64,000 nucleotides of DNA, taken from the NCBI RefSeq assembly GCF_018977255.1, contig NW_024704743.1, positions 7,628,001 to 7,692,000 on the forward strand, read 5' to 3'. A program made the position numbers and the translations under genes. Below, piece by piece: positions 12,601 through 26,420 of the stretch (positions are counted from its first letter, which is position 1; each line of letters begins with the position of its first letter). This DNA is from Callorhinchus milii (taxonomy: Eukaryota). Below the pieces are notes generated by a model. That model was not told where the DNA came from and did not search any database. It saw only the letters and a list, made by a program, of their open reading frames with translations.

Positions 12601-15600
12601 CTGTTAAACCATGTTTTTAAATAAACTCTTTTCTGAAATGACCATTGCAAAGCAGTGGTTTTATTGACATTTCTGATTTACAATCATTTAAATTAGTTTG
12701 ATGATTTATTTAGTTTTGATTCAAATCATAATTCTTGCATTAGATATCGCGCTTTATCATGTTGTCGAAACATCTCAAAGTGTTCCATAGGACTTACTGT
12801 AGCACGTACTCATATATATTGTAAGTGAACATAGCAGCCAATTTGCACATAGCAAAGTCCCATTCCCTTCAATGAATCCCGAGATTTTGGAAGCACCATA
12901 CGGGATTTAACCTAATTACGGTGTATAAATTGTCTGCCACATTCGCCTACAAAATACAGTTAATTCACTTCGCAGTAAAATCTTGTGTAGCAGGAATTGA
13001 ATGCCCCTGTTCAAGATTTGAATCCCTCCAACGCACCCCCACCCTCTTTTTCTTTGAATCCCACCTTATAATCTACCACTTCGACTGTGCCTGCGATCAC
13101 CTCCCTCTCTCCCTTTCTCGGCGTCTAATCCCATCACTGTACAGTGTTCTGGGAAGCTATCCTGCATAAAGAGCGCTATATATAAATGCAAGTGTTGGTG
13201 TTGAAGCATTTTGAGACGTCTTCCCGACTTGAAAGGTGCTCATCGGTTACAAAGATTCAGGGTTGTCAATTATCAGAGGTGCTGCTTGGTGTGGTGTTGA
13301 ACCATATCAACTATGAACCACAAAGACTGGGAAGATCTGAAATTCAATAGAAAAAAATCAATAGAAAAAGATCCGAAATTCAATAGAAATGGATTTCTAT
13401 TCCTGACCGATTCTGCTGGAAAGTGTATGTGTACGCATGTGAATACACAGATAAAGAGAAAATTGGCCTTAACAGTGATTTTCACAATGTTGCATGGTGT
13501 TCAAGTTGTAACAAAAACATGTTTCTCTCCCCAAACCCTCCCCCCCCCACCCCTTCACCAGCATCAACTAATGTTGTTCAGAAAATAAGCACATAAACCA
13601 GAGTTGTAATGTGCTGACTCAGTCTGTGGTTACTCATTTCAACCAATTCAGGGGAAAAATATAAACTTGGTTCAGTCTAGTCTGCATAATGTCACAACCA
13701 GAATTATGGAAGCCATACGGTTCCAAGTCCTTATGTTTCTTGGAAAACATCCATGTTTGCAATTTGAGAGGCATTTCAGGGGAAGGATCATTTAGTTCCC
13801 ACAGTTTTGATAGCAAGAACAATGATATTTAGCCTTTGTCATCCAAAGTGATTCTACCACAGCCACTTCCTGTACTAAGACAAGTGAAAACCTTTAAATT
13901 ATTGTTTATATGTGACTTCTAACAAGAGGTCTATTGTCAAGGAAGTGAAGCAAATCAGACTTCTTGCCTATCAAACTACCAAAAGCAAGTATCTTCTAAT
14001 CTTCTTCCTATTTTTAGGCATAACATTATCACTTTTGAGCAAGTAAGATGTGTCACTTTTGAGCAAATCAGACACATCTTTGGTAGCATCCTCTTGGGGA
14101 TCTGAGACTCATTTTCTCATGATTTTAGTTGTAAGGCCATTGTCTTCAATTTGATTTTATGCAGAATTGTGCAAAATGTCTTAAATTCAATCTGAAATTG
14201 GATGCAATTTTCCTCAGTTAGTATCTAAACCAAAGCTGGCATCCTGGAACACTAATATTCAGTGTGCAAATGGTTAGTTTCTTGGTTGTCCATAATACAT
14301 TTGAGGAACTTCTGACACAGAGGCTGGTGAGAATGTGAAACTCCTGGAAGCTGTGACTGAAGCAGAAAGTATCAATATTTTAAGAAGAACTTGGTGCACA
14401 ATGAGGGAGAAAGGAATAGAGGGGTATAGGAGTGGAGGAAATTCATGTGTACTGTAATCACCCATATGGACTAGTTGGCCTGTTTTTGTGATGGAACAGT
14501 ATGTAATTCTATGTAATAATAATAATCCTTGCATTTGGTACAGCACTTTTCATGTTGGGAGGACATCCCAAAGCGCTTCACAGAATTTACTGTGAAGTGG
14601 AGTGGCTGTGTATTTGTGGGCAATCGCGGTGGCCAATTTGCACACAGCAATGTCCCACAAACATCGAACGACCAATTTGAGGACATAAGGACATCTCGTA
14701 GAGGCTATAATCCTCCTATTTTTTTAACTAGGATGATATCAGGGCTGGCAGGTTAGAGTGGATAGGTTAGGCCTTTTTCATGAGAGAAGAGACATTTAAG
14801 GGGGAAACCACTGACGTGGTGGGGAGGGTTGGGGGTTTGCGGTGGGGGCATGAAGGAAGGTAGTGCCAGCTCTGAAATGGTCAGCAAATCCACAAAAAAT
14901 GTGAAACTTTCCAACTTAAAATTTTAACAAGATGGAATTTGCTGAGGTGCAAATCTGCAGATAGTTGACAGACATTAATTGTATATACACAGAAGGAAGA
15001 AATTAACTTTCACTATGGGAGCTTATTGCTTTTTATTACTTTGGGTATACAAACTAGCTGAGTTACGGCTGTGATAGTGAAACCATGGCAGGCAATACAA
15101 AACATCTAACAAACAAACAGAATTCTATCTGAGGTCCAGAATTCTGTAAACAAGCTTAAAACGGAATAAAATGCCAAACGTGGTTGAAACGTGCTATTGA
15201 AGAAAACAGTCTTATTGTATATTGAATTATTCAACTGTAGTTTGGGGGCACCTTGATTATCTCCCAGAGTGGAAACTCCAGAGTTATTTTGAGACGTCTC
15301 GAAGATGTGATAAGGCACTATATCAAATGCAAGGATTATTATTATTACATCGAGTTGGACTGCAAGACCCATTCCCCCTGAGATAGCAGAGTTCAGATCA
15401 ACTTGATAAAACAGCTTCTTGTTTATCACACTGGGCTATAAAAAATGGCACTGCACATATTGCACGTATAAGTATGGACAATACCCCCTTTTTAATGTCA
15501 CCTTTTCTCACTCATTCTAGATTGAACTCTAAACCATCCCTAGTCAAAAGTGACCTTTGAATTCAACTGTTTGGCTGTGTAGTGGGACTTTTATTCTGCA

Positions 15601-17271
15601 CGTAATTTATATCAAGGGAGTTTCTCTCAGTGTTCTGGCCAACAATCCCCCCCAGATAAAATTTGTGATTCACTTCATGACTGTTTGTGGGACATTGCCA
15701 TGTGCAAATTGGCTGTCGCATTTGTCTATAAATTCAGTCCAAAAACTTCAGTGAAGAGTTGTAAGATATTTCATTGACAATGATAAAGGTACTACAGTAT
15801 GTGTTAGACTTTGTTCAATGCCACATTGCCTCAAATTAACACTAACTGTGCAATATATAAAGGGTATAAAACAATAATAGTAATAATCCTTGAATTTGCT
15901 AAAGCACCTTATCACTTTGTTGAGACGTCTCAAAACGCTTCACAAAGTATACTGTATAGTGCAATGACTGTATATTTTTGTGGAAATATACCAATTGCGC
16001 ACAGCAGTGTCCCACTAACAGTCGTGGACTGAGTGACCAAATTTTTTTTTTGAAGGGGTTATTACCCCCAGAAAGTGATCTGCCAATCGACTAACAACCT
16101 GGTTCCTATTTACTGCTAGGTAACCAGAGGAGTGTGGAGTAAGGAAACTTGCCTAAGATTTCACCCTGCCCAGAGAATCAAACCCGAGTCTTCTCGCTTG
16201 CGAGGCAAGTGCTCTAACCATTATGCTACAGAACTTTGCTACAGGACAATACAAGGAATGAAAAATTGAAACGTTGGTTCCTTCACATTGAATTGAATGT
16301 ACATAATATAAGCAACATGTGAGGAAGGCTGAACAAAGAAAAACATGAAAGGGTGAGGGAAATGGAGACGTATAAACAGATGATTTAAATTGTGGTCTGC
16401 TACTTATGAAAATTTTGGAATTGGTATGAGTTGTTAAGTAAACATGATGTTTGGAGTGCCACAGAGGAGTATAGCGACAACATAGATTTTGACTGTATAA
16501 CTAACATTCATATAAATAAACATCACATGAGTCCTATAAATTAAACATCTTACAAATTCCAGCCTAATTTATCATGATGAGTCTTTCCCAAATATTAGTG
16601 AAACAAGCTGCTGAAGGATGGATATTTTGCAGTCTTGTTGTATTATCCGCTAAAATTAACATGCTTTTAATGCTTCATATGATATTTATTGATTCAGTGT
16701 ATTTTCTTTAAGTTAAAGTGAATAATGGAGGGAAATAGAACATTTTTAACACCTTTGACACACATTCAGTGCTAGCATTAAGCGTTCACAAATTAGTTTT
16801 TTATAAGCTACGCAGACTACATCTGCCTACAAAACACACAATCACTACACAGTAAAACCATAGTAAAATCCTATGAAATGCTTTGAGACATTCTGCTGAC
16901 ATGAAAGGCCTTAACCTCTGGAACTCTCTCCCTCTAAATCTCTGTCTTGCCTTGTCTCTTTCTACCTCAAAACCTACCTCGTGAATGCACCTATGGCCAC
17001 CTTCCCCTTCCCCCCTCTCAGAATCTGACCCGTGCTTCATGAAGCACTCAGAAATGTTACCCCACACTTCCGTTTTCCACATTAGGCATCTGAATGGCAT
17101 TTCCCAGCAGATCGCCAATTTTGAGTCAGGTAGTAATGAGTGAAGATCACACTGAAATCCTTTTCCTTCTCCACATATCCGATCAGTAACTTCAGTAATT
17201 ACGCCCCTAAACTCTAAAACTCTCTCTCTACTCTACTATCTCACCCCTCCCTATCTGTTTTTAAATCCTGC
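9615..17271 (-). repeat. Giant inverted repeat IR1, right arm
   Basis: Reverse complement of 1-7641, with a few SNPs, scattered 1-bp indels and one 20-bp indel near 15846-15866. Confidence 0.98.
10478..11941 (-). mobile_element. L2 ORF2 relic, mirror copy in the IR1 right arm
   Basis: Reverse complement of 5316-6778. Confidence 0.9.
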
Positions 17272-17304
17272 CTAAAAGCCTAATGCATCCTCTGAAATCC
17301 TCAA

Positions 17305-17510
17305 ATCTTGGCTCTTGCCAACCTGTGCCTAATACTTTCCGGAATTATGTAAGTAGGATGGGTCCCTCCAGGGAGAGAGTGGGCATTCCTTTCCAATAAT
17401 CTATCTCTGCGAGGTGTGTAGGTGGGGTGCATGGAAATCTCAGTTTGGTTTGGATGCTCTTAAGCATGGTGATGGATTTCCGCATGTGTCAAACACCCAT
17501 CTGACCCCAA
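17305..17510 (+). repeat. Unclassified interspersed repeat (other copies ~38780-38890 -, ~51960-52210 -, ~55830-56010 +, ~56650-56912 +)
   Basis: Shared CTTGGCTCTTGCCAACCTG.GCCTAATA and CTCAGTTTGGTTTGGAT.CTCTTAAGCA.GGTGATGG.TTTCC. Confidence 0.8.
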
Positions 17511-18009
17511 AAACACCTAAAAGCCATCCTCTTCGACCACACCTATGGTCACCTCCCCTCTCCCTTCCCCACTTCCCTTGATCAGTATTCGACTCTGTCA
17601 AGCTCTCTGAGATGTTCAAAAGAGAAATGGAGACAGCATTCACTAGGTAAGACAAACTCCATTCTCCTTTAGTGTAACATTCATATAAAGAATCATCATG
17701 AGAAAACTTTTCTTCAATCGCTGCAAAAAAGCATCACTTGATGCCTTTAACACATCCCGCCCTAATTATTCCAGCTTTACTATGCACAAAATTCAATTAA
17801 TTATAAACTGCCCCATGTGATCACCCACACCAAACTCTGTACCTCGATCATATCAGTCTTTGATAGACTCTACTCAACGGATTGATTTCAAGATCCTCAC
17901 ACACATCTACAAATTTCTTCATGCCCTGGCACCTTCCTACCTCTCTGACCTGCTTACTTCTCACCCCATTACCTGCTGCCTCTGCTCTGATAAACCCAGA
18001 TCAATACTT

Positions 18010-18250
18010 TAGGGTGAATCATGATAGTAGAACAAGAGGATATGGATTAGAGTTGTAAAGGGCAATTTCAGGACAGATACCAGGATTTCATTACAGAGAG
18101 GATAATCAAAGACTAGAACAGGTTACCAGGAAAGGTGGTAGAAACCAGGACATTAGACTAATTTAAAAAGCAGCTTGATGCAATGTTGGGGTGATGGTAC
18201 AGTGAGTAGGATGAGATTGGATGGGCTGAAGGGCTGAATCATGTGATCTT
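18010..18250 (+). mobile_element. CR1 LINE 3' end relic
   Basis: AGAACAAGAGGA...TTCAGGACAGAT...ACAGAGAGG...GATGGGCTGAAGGGC, a CR1-like ORF2 end plus 3' UTR. Confidence 0.65.
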
Positions 18251-19280
18251 GTGAACATTTTCATTTTAACTGGTGGCCAATAAGTCAAATTTGCTATCAA
18301 GGAATTCAAAATTAAGAGTAATAATAATAATAATCCTTGTATTTGATACAGCGCTCTATTGTATCATTAAAACGTCTTAAAGGGCTTCACAGAATCTACT
18401 GTAAATTGATTTGACTATATTTTGTGCGCAAAAAAATTCAAAGAAAAGTTTGAAACACAGCAATGACTTCCCAAATGATCACCTTAAGCCAGTCGGGTTT
18501 TATTGGTTTGGTATTGTCCTGCTGAACCAAGTGTTTCCCAATTGTGTATGGAAATGTTAATGCCATGTGTTAGAGTTAGTGTGATGAATTATTGAAGCAC
18601 ATTTCACAGCGAGGGAAGGCTGGGTGTGGGCCAAGGGAAACAAGGAATCAACGAGCATGCAGCTGGTACAAGTTGCCTAAAATGGTTGTCAGCAATACAA
18701 AGCTCAAAATACGACTTTTATACAAATCTGATTTTAATCTTTTAAATGCAAAACAGGGAAGTAACAAGCCAATGTAAACAGGTGAGTCAGAATCTAGATG
18801 GGTTCGCCTGGACCCTTTCAGCAGCTAACACCACAGCACTGTGTTTAGTAAAGCAAGCTGCCCATTCTTATACATTATTATTAAATTGCCTGTGAATTGT
18901 CTGTGTTGCAAGAGGCACCAATCAGTACTTAACATCCTAATAAGGTTTTCTTCAAACTCAACTATTGCCATAATAGCTAAAGACACAGAGGCACAGAAAT
19001 GCTGTCTTACAGACATGTATTTACATGAATTGGGACAACTCTGTTTATCTAACATTTTGGTAAGGAATTTCACTATGTATATGAAAACAATGTTTTTAAG
19101 TAGTTATTTAATTAACGAGAACTGTGATTCGGGATAGAAAAAATACTTGTACCTGGTTTCAATCACATTCATATCTTCAGAAAACATTCTGTCAATCAAA
19201 ACTGTATTAAGTTGGCCATAGAAACTGTGGCAAGTTCCAATCTAATACCATTCTGAATTCAGGCAGTGCAAATAAAAAGC

Positions 19281-19305
19281 NNNNNNNNNNNNNNNNNNNN
19301 NNNNN
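19281..19305. other. Assembly gap (25 N)
   Basis: Run of 25 N. Confidence 1.
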
Positions 19306-21334
19306 GTGGTTTGAACGACCAACTTATTTTGTGTTTTTTTTCTTGAGAGATTATTATCAGGTATGCGTAATAAGGAAACTTGCCCAGGTTTCGCCTTGCC
19401 GGGAATCAAACCCAGGTTTCGTGCTTGCGAGGCGACCTTATAAAGTAAATAAAATAATCTTATAAAATAAATCAAACTCAAAGCCAACACACATTTTGAT
19501 CTTACCTATGGAATCCACACCCAGCGTACATCTCATAACCACAAAGGAAATATGCCTTGTAAGCTTGAGAATTGTGGCAACTATCTCCTCCTGGGGTACT
19601 GGTCAATCACATAGAAGTTACTCCATTCATCAAAATAAATGCAGAATATATCAATCCCCAATTTTCTAGTCCAGTCAACTTGAGATTCATCTTTTTTCTA
19701 TACTTAAACTACTTTATAAGCATCTTGTAACCAGATAGCCTCACCAACTCAAGCCAGTCAGTCACTCAGGGACTGGATCTATGACTGAAACTCAATCAAA
19801 CATACCCTCCATGTACTTCAGGTTTTAAGTAAGCACCACTGCACATATGTAGAAATATGATTTGGGGTTAACAGACCTTAATACAACTTGCACTTGTATA
19901 GCACCCCACATTTTACATGGGCTGGATACCTCAATAGGCTTAAAATATATAACCGATTGAGGAGCAAGAAAAAGGGAGTTATATAGTGTGTTTTATGATG
20001 GAAAAACAATTCAAAATGCTTTAAAGATACTGAGGGGGGAAAATCTTAAAATACTATCCAAAAGCATGGACAAAGAGCCAAAGCTTTCAAATGGGTTTTG
20101 AAGATGGGGAGAGAGAAAGTGAAGAGATATTGAAGGATGTTCCACAGGATAGGAGCATTGTGGCAGAAGGCTCTGAACAGCAATGGTGAGATATACGATG
20201 TGAGGAGCAAACAGACAGCAATCAGAAGAGCGGAAGGAATGAATAGAAGAATAGGGCTGGGGGAGATTGCATGGTTACTGAGATACAGTAACATTTTTAA
20301 TGCCATTTGAAGATCAAATTTGGTCTTTTTTAAAAACAATATCAGCTCCACAATGAAGATTTAGAGCAGTCAAGCAAACGCTGCATATTTCAATCCATAA
20401 CAGAAATTCACTTTCAGAACAAATTACCAAGCTAAACTGAGAGAAATATTTTCCTCTACATATAGCATCTCAGTCAGAAGCAACACTAACAGAGCCATGA
20501 CAGAGGCAGCTTTCATCTGCATTGCCAACGCAAAGCTTCTGCAGCCAATTGTTCCCTCTGCTTGACAGCACTGACTTGTGATACATAGTTCCCTGGATGC
20601 CAGCAATCTTCTACTTCCAAGCAGTTTCTGAAATAAATCAAATCCTGTGGCCTCAACATCCTCCCTGGTAACACATTGCACTGGTTGATTCCCCTCTGTG
20701 TAAATAACTTTCTGATGTCCCTTCTAAATGGTCTATACTTTTTGACTGTGCGTCAAATTATACACAGAAAACGAGTTCTGCTCCAATTTTAATAGAAGCA
20801 TTTTTTTTAACACTATAACATCTCGAAACAGGGCTTGCTTTTTTAAAACGCAATTGGATTTAGAAATCCCGTCAGGAGTAAATTAATACACGGGCCACAA
20901 AATTATGTGAAGTACTGATCACTCGTATCCTAATTAAAACTAACGTCCACACACAGAAGCAGTTTAGAACGACAGTAATTACTGCCACTCTATCCACTAG
21001 AAATTGAAAATGGCTTTTAGAAACATTTGCCCTTTAACAATGAAGAGCTTGTTCTTTCTTTAGAAGAAATATTCACTGTTTTTTTTCTGCGGGGGAGGGA
21101 TTCAACTTCCTCCTAATCAAGAAAATAAAAACTATTCTACGGCTGAGTAGTGCTGTGGAAATCCTGCTAAGCAATCGTTTCCCTGTGTCTGACCACAATC
21201 ATTTTTTATTTTTATTTATGGCACCAGTGGGAAGTTTCTGAAAAAAGTCAGAAAGCAAATCATTTCAAAAGCACAGGGTATAAGTTTTCACTTAGTATCC
21301 ACTGAAACTCAACTAAGTACATGTACTAAAAATT

Positions 21335-21950
21335 TAGTCAGAAGATTTGGGTTTAAGCCCCACTTCGAGACGTGGAACTCATACAGGCAGGGGAAACCTT
21401 GGGCAAGTTTCCTTACTCCACACGCCTATAATAATCCCTCCAAGAAAAAAACAAAATAAATTGGCATTCAATCCAGACTGTTTGTGGGACACTGCTGTGC
21501 CAATTGGCTGCCCGTTTCACCCACAAATATACAGTCAATTCACTTTACAGTGTTTCTGTGAAGCGCTTTGACACATCTAGAAGACGTGAAAAGTGCTATA
21601 TCAAATGCAAGGATTATTATTAATTATTACAGTCTAAGATGACGCTCCAATACAGTTCTGGGGCTGTGCTGCATTTTTGGAGGTGCCTTCTTTTGGGATG
21701 AGAAGTTAAACCAAGGTCCTGCCTGTCTGATCAGGTGGACATTAAAGATCCCTTAGCTGTACCCCAAAAGAGAAGGCAATTTCTTCCAGGGCCCTGGCCA
21801 ACAATCCCTCAAACAAAATTGGTAGTTCACTCATGACTGTCTGTGGGATGTTACTATGCACAAATTGGCTGCGTCCTTCGCCCATAAAGACACACAATCA
21901 CTACACTTTGCAGCACATCTATGAAGCGTTCTGGGACGTCCTCCCCACAG
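21335..21950 (+). mobile_element. Deu-domain SINE with a nested 5'-truncated tRNA-SINE (21386-21629); mirror ~35450-36070, minus strand
   Basis: Head remnant GGGTTTAAGCCCCACT, inserted SINE, then GGAGGTGCC...GATGAGAAGTTAAACCAAGGTCC...AAAGATCCC and the shared 3' half. Confidence 0.8.
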
Positions 21951-22611
21951 GCAATTTGTTATTGAAAATTCGTTGCCATTTTACTTAAGTGTCAAAATAT
22001 TAAAAAAATTCAGAATTCTTAAAGGTAGACTCTGACTCAATAGATACAACAACTTGCGCTTATTTACATTGAATGAAAGTCTCACGTCAGCTCACGAACA
22101 CACTGAACAGCCTCAAAGAGGGAGGAGAAGGTGCAGAATATTTCAGTATAGATGAAACAGACTTCACGAATGTAATGAAATGTAATGAAGTATTGTACCT
22201 GAACTGGCTACTTTTCACCACAACATATCTTGGGTCAGAGAACATAGGCAGGAAACTGTGGGTAGAACCACAAGAGGACTATTAGGAATGTAAACCACAA
22301 GTACACCGAAGCTCTTCAACCTCTATTTAACTCTGGACATTGTTTATAGCTAGTAAGTGCATTCAATGGTCATTCATAAAGCAACCATTCCAAAACCTAA
22401 ATGGAAAGACCAGATTACAAATTTGGGATGACAAATTTGCAGGGCTATGGGGAGAGGTGTGGGGGAGTGGGAATAATTTGCACAGCTCTTTCAAAGAGTC
22501 GGCATGGTTACGAATGGCCTCCTTTTGTGCTGCATAATTCTGATTCTATGATTACAGTACCATTAGCCTTAAAACACAGAGAAGACAGATCCCTAAGAGA
22601 ATGTCTACACT

Positions 22612-22678
22612 AACAATAATCTTTACATTTATAATAATCTTTACATACTAACAATAATCTTTACAATAATCTTTACAC
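22612..22678. repeat. Short tandem repeat, 4 copies of AATAATCTTTACA (mirror ~34717-34784)
   Basis: Read directly; looks like an amplified SINE tail end. Confidence 0.85.
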
Positions 22679-23633
22679 CTTTCATGTCGGGAGATCTCAA
22701 AACGATTCACAGGATATACTTTAAAGTGAAGTGACTATATGTGTCCTCCCGACGTGGAAGGCACTATGGAAGTTGTTGTTTTTGTGAGATGAATGTGGAA
22801 GCCAATTTTCACACAGCAATGTTACACAAACTGCCATGAAGAAAATGAACAATCTTAGTAGGGGGATTTTTTGGTCAGGACACCAGGAGAAATTTTCCTC
22901 TCTTCTGAATAGTGCCATGGGATCTTTACTTTGGTTTACAGTCTCATCCGAAGGAGGAACAATACAAGTCAAAGAGAAAGAAAAGGTCTTTTTGTCCTCG
23001 GTGTTGAACACTGAAATGTACACAGTTTCCCTTTCAAACTAGAAGAAACAATCAAGCACAATTACTTAAGATATTATTGAAACACAAAATATCACTTTAA
23101 GGCCTTGGGGGGGATAAGAGACACATAACTTGAGTGGACCTTGAGTGGATAACAGTTTTGTCTACAAGCCACCAAATCTATCTAAATCCATTCTGCATCT
23201 TTTTCATACTCCCTTTGATCAAACTGTAATATAAAACAAGATTCTACCTTCAACTATGCAATGTCCATGCCCCCCACTCCCTAGGTTTCCCTCCCTCCCA
23301 ATTTTCAAACTCTAAAAATAACAACCTCTTAAAGACTATCCCTTTGGTCAATTCAACTTCTACCCCCCCCACCCCCCCCAACTCCATACCCCACCTTGCT
23401 CAAGTTTTATTGTGTCTCTCTGAAGTATGTTGCAATTCCAATGCTGCAATGGGCAACTTGGCTCTGGTAAGGTCTTAAAGGGAAAGCAATACAGTTACTT
23501 GCAAGCTACAAGGTTTAGAAAATCAATAATTCTACTTTGAACAGGATAATTAAAGTCACCAAAGTGTATCAGCTTGCTACAGTTGAGTCCAGAGGACATG
23601 AACCTTTGGCCTAGGCTTGCTTTAACTCCACTA

Positions 23634-24054
23634 CAGTAAACCTCACACAAGTTGGATTAGTCGGGACCATAACATTTAATATCATTTGCGCAAAGTATGG
23701 GTTACACGCAAACTTATACAGGTTGTATCATATACAACTTAATCAATAATCAGCCCTGCACATGCATACTTCAGTGCAGCCGGGAGTGCGCACGCGGTGA
23801 CGGGTCAAGACTTCATTTCCTGCAATTCAATGCAGTCGGTAAGTGCAGTAGCAGTGCTCCCAGTTAGGAGATGATTTGCATATGTTTTAGGATGTATTGG
23901 GACCGAGAAACCATTACAACTTAGCCATTTATCCAATTTAAAAAATATGACTTACGCAAAGAAATCTAGGTGTTTCTTTGGTAGGAAACTAAATAGGACT
24001 CGGATGTCTGAGTGATTCTATGATTCATAAAGATATGACAAGCGAGTTTTACAG
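23634..24054. mobile_element. Non-autonomous Tc1/mariner (Tigger/pogo-like) DNA transposon relic; mirror 33337-33757
   Basis: TA|CAGTAAACCTC ... GAGTTTTACAG|TA: imperfect TIRs flanked by TA. Confidence 0.6.
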
Positions 24055-25074
24055 TATTTTCTGCTAATCTTAGGGACTAAGAGTAGGTTACTGCTGAGTT
24101 TAACCAACTAAACCCGAGCATCTTAGCATATGGAACACTCGGTAATTGTTTGTCCACTTGGGCCTCCCCATCTGTTAAAAACTTTGGTTTGCAGTGGTAA
24201 TGAGGGAAGTAAGAAGAATCCCAGCCCCATTCAATGGCCACCAAATCCTGCTGATAACAGGCTGGCTAGTCTGTCATCAACAGTTTCTGGAATTTAAGGA
24301 TGCCCAAGCCAAATGCAATGGGTGATCAAACATTGTTCAGATCCAAGCAACAAGGGTCCCAGTAAGGAGTTTCTCCATTAACAAATCTACACGAGTAGGC
24401 AGCTTGGTGACTATTCCTTCAAATCTATCAATTACTGTTGAGCTGTTAAAAGTGGTATTAGCCAACTCACCCACTAGTTTCTCACTCGAGAAACAGTACC
24501 TGGGCACCTCAGGGATTCAGCTAAGATCAGGGACTCTTTGTACTAAGAACCTGAGCTACAATTCCACATCCCACCACTCCCACAGTACAGTAACACACTA
24601 GATCATTGTTCTTTTCAAGATTTACATTTTCCGTCCTACAAGTTTAAGACTCATTGTGACTTTACCATTGTGCTCAGCTGTCACAGTGCTTGGAAGTCTT
24701 TTTGAAGTTCAAGTGTTAATGTGCTAATGCTATGGAATAAAGGCAATACTGTGTTTCAGCTCCAAAGGCCAGCAAGAACAAAGTGTTTACACAAGAAATT
24801 CAGGAGGCAAGAGGTTACATTAAAAAATTGAACAATTACTAAGAAATAGTTTCTCGATACTTGAACTCTATTCAAGAGCCGCCTTCCTTCACTTCTGCTA
24901 CAAGAGTCCGTATTTGACCTCGGAACATGGTTTCATATTTAGAGGCATGGAACACAAAAGCAAGGAGGCAATGTTGATTTATACAGGACCTTAACTCGGC
25001 CATATTTAAAGCAACATGTACAGTTGGGCAGCCAATTAAAAGGGAGCTTTGGGTGTTCAGCAAGCCCAAGCAAG

Positions 25075-25640
25075 GGGGCGTGCAGAGGAGTGAAGTCAGA
25101 GATCGGGAGATTCATAGGTTAGAGTGAGGACTTTGCAGTCAATCCATTTGGGACAGAGCTTTGCACAGCCCTCAGTGATGGGTGTACAATGTCTGGTGCG
25201 AGTGAGGATGCAGGTGGTGGAGGTTTTTGGATCAAAGGAGTTTTGTAGATGGTGGATCTAAGGATACCAGCAAGGAGTGCGCTTAAAATGCCTGGGCAGA
25301 TGTAACAAAGATGTGAATAAGAGTTTTGGAGCCATTTGGTGAGAGATTGGGGTAGAGGTGGGAAATGTGGTGGAGGTGAAGAAAAGCAGTCTTGCCCATG
25401 GGGCTGTGAATGTGAGAAAAGGAGGAGAACTGAGGATCAATCTGGAGCCCGAGGTTGAGCACTGGTTCGGTGAGTCAGAGAGAGGGGCCAGAATTAGAAG
25501 TGAGGAGACTTTGGTGAGAACCAAAGAGGTTGGTTTTTGACTCATTCACATTGTGTTCCAAGAAACTGGAGCTCAACCAGGCCTTGATATCTGGCAGGCA
25601 AGTGGACAGGACATCGGTGGAGCAGGAATCAAGAGTAGAA
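25075..25640 (-). mobile_element. L2 ORF2 relic (mirror ~31755-32315, plus strand)
   Basis: LSTCLPDIKAWLSSSFLEHNVNESKT, NLG, CILTRTRHCTPIT, WIDCKVLTLTY. Confidence 0.85.
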
Positions 25641-26169
25641 ATGGAAAACAGATTTTGGTGTGATCCACATAGTCACTGTGTGTGTGTGAGATTGTGAACA
25701 CATACACACAGAAAGCAGGAGAGTGAGATTGGACGAGGTGACTCATGGAGAAAACATCAAAGAAGACTTTATCCACTAAATGATCTGTTGCTCCACCTGG
25801 TCAGAGAGGAAGAACACAACAGCGCACTATCAAACGAACTGGATAAACACATGATGATTAAAAATATACAGGAGAATAGGGATACAGGATTATGAATTTT
25901 CCAGTTCTTCAAAAAAAAGTATTCTTTCTCACACTCTGGCTAAGGAGGCTCTGTCCCCTTGGAGTACGGGAGGTTAATGTTCTGCTGATTCTGTTTGTAA
26001 ACTTTTACACTTGGCAGAAAGCAATTTGAAATCTGTTTTTCCAGAGTTTCCACTGGATGGTACAGAGGCAACACCAAACTTTACAGCACTGGTGATTAAG
26101 ACTCCTTTTGTTCAATTTACATTATGTAGCGACTGCTCAGCCCATTGTTTCCTTGCTTGTCCTATCTCC

Positions 26170-26420
26170 CAATAGCCATCTAATCCTATATCCCTACTGT
26201 TTCCTTAAATCCTCTTTATAATTTTAATCTTCATGCGTTTAGCTAAATCTTTTGATAGGGCGTTATTGTGTTCTATTCTGACCATCCTCCTCCCCTGAGG
26301 GGAATACAGAGAACAGAACCTTATATTATTTTCCCTCATTGTGAGTTCATGGCTTGATGGTGGACTTGGTCCCACAACCTTCTGAACCAAAGGCGTGAAT
26401 GTTACCAATGAAGTCAGGCT
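26170..26420 (-). mobile_element. CR1 3' relic (mirror ~30975-31225)
   Basis: GAGGATGGTCAGAATA...TTTAAGGAAACAGTAGGGATATAGG, a CR1-like tail. Confidence 0.45.
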
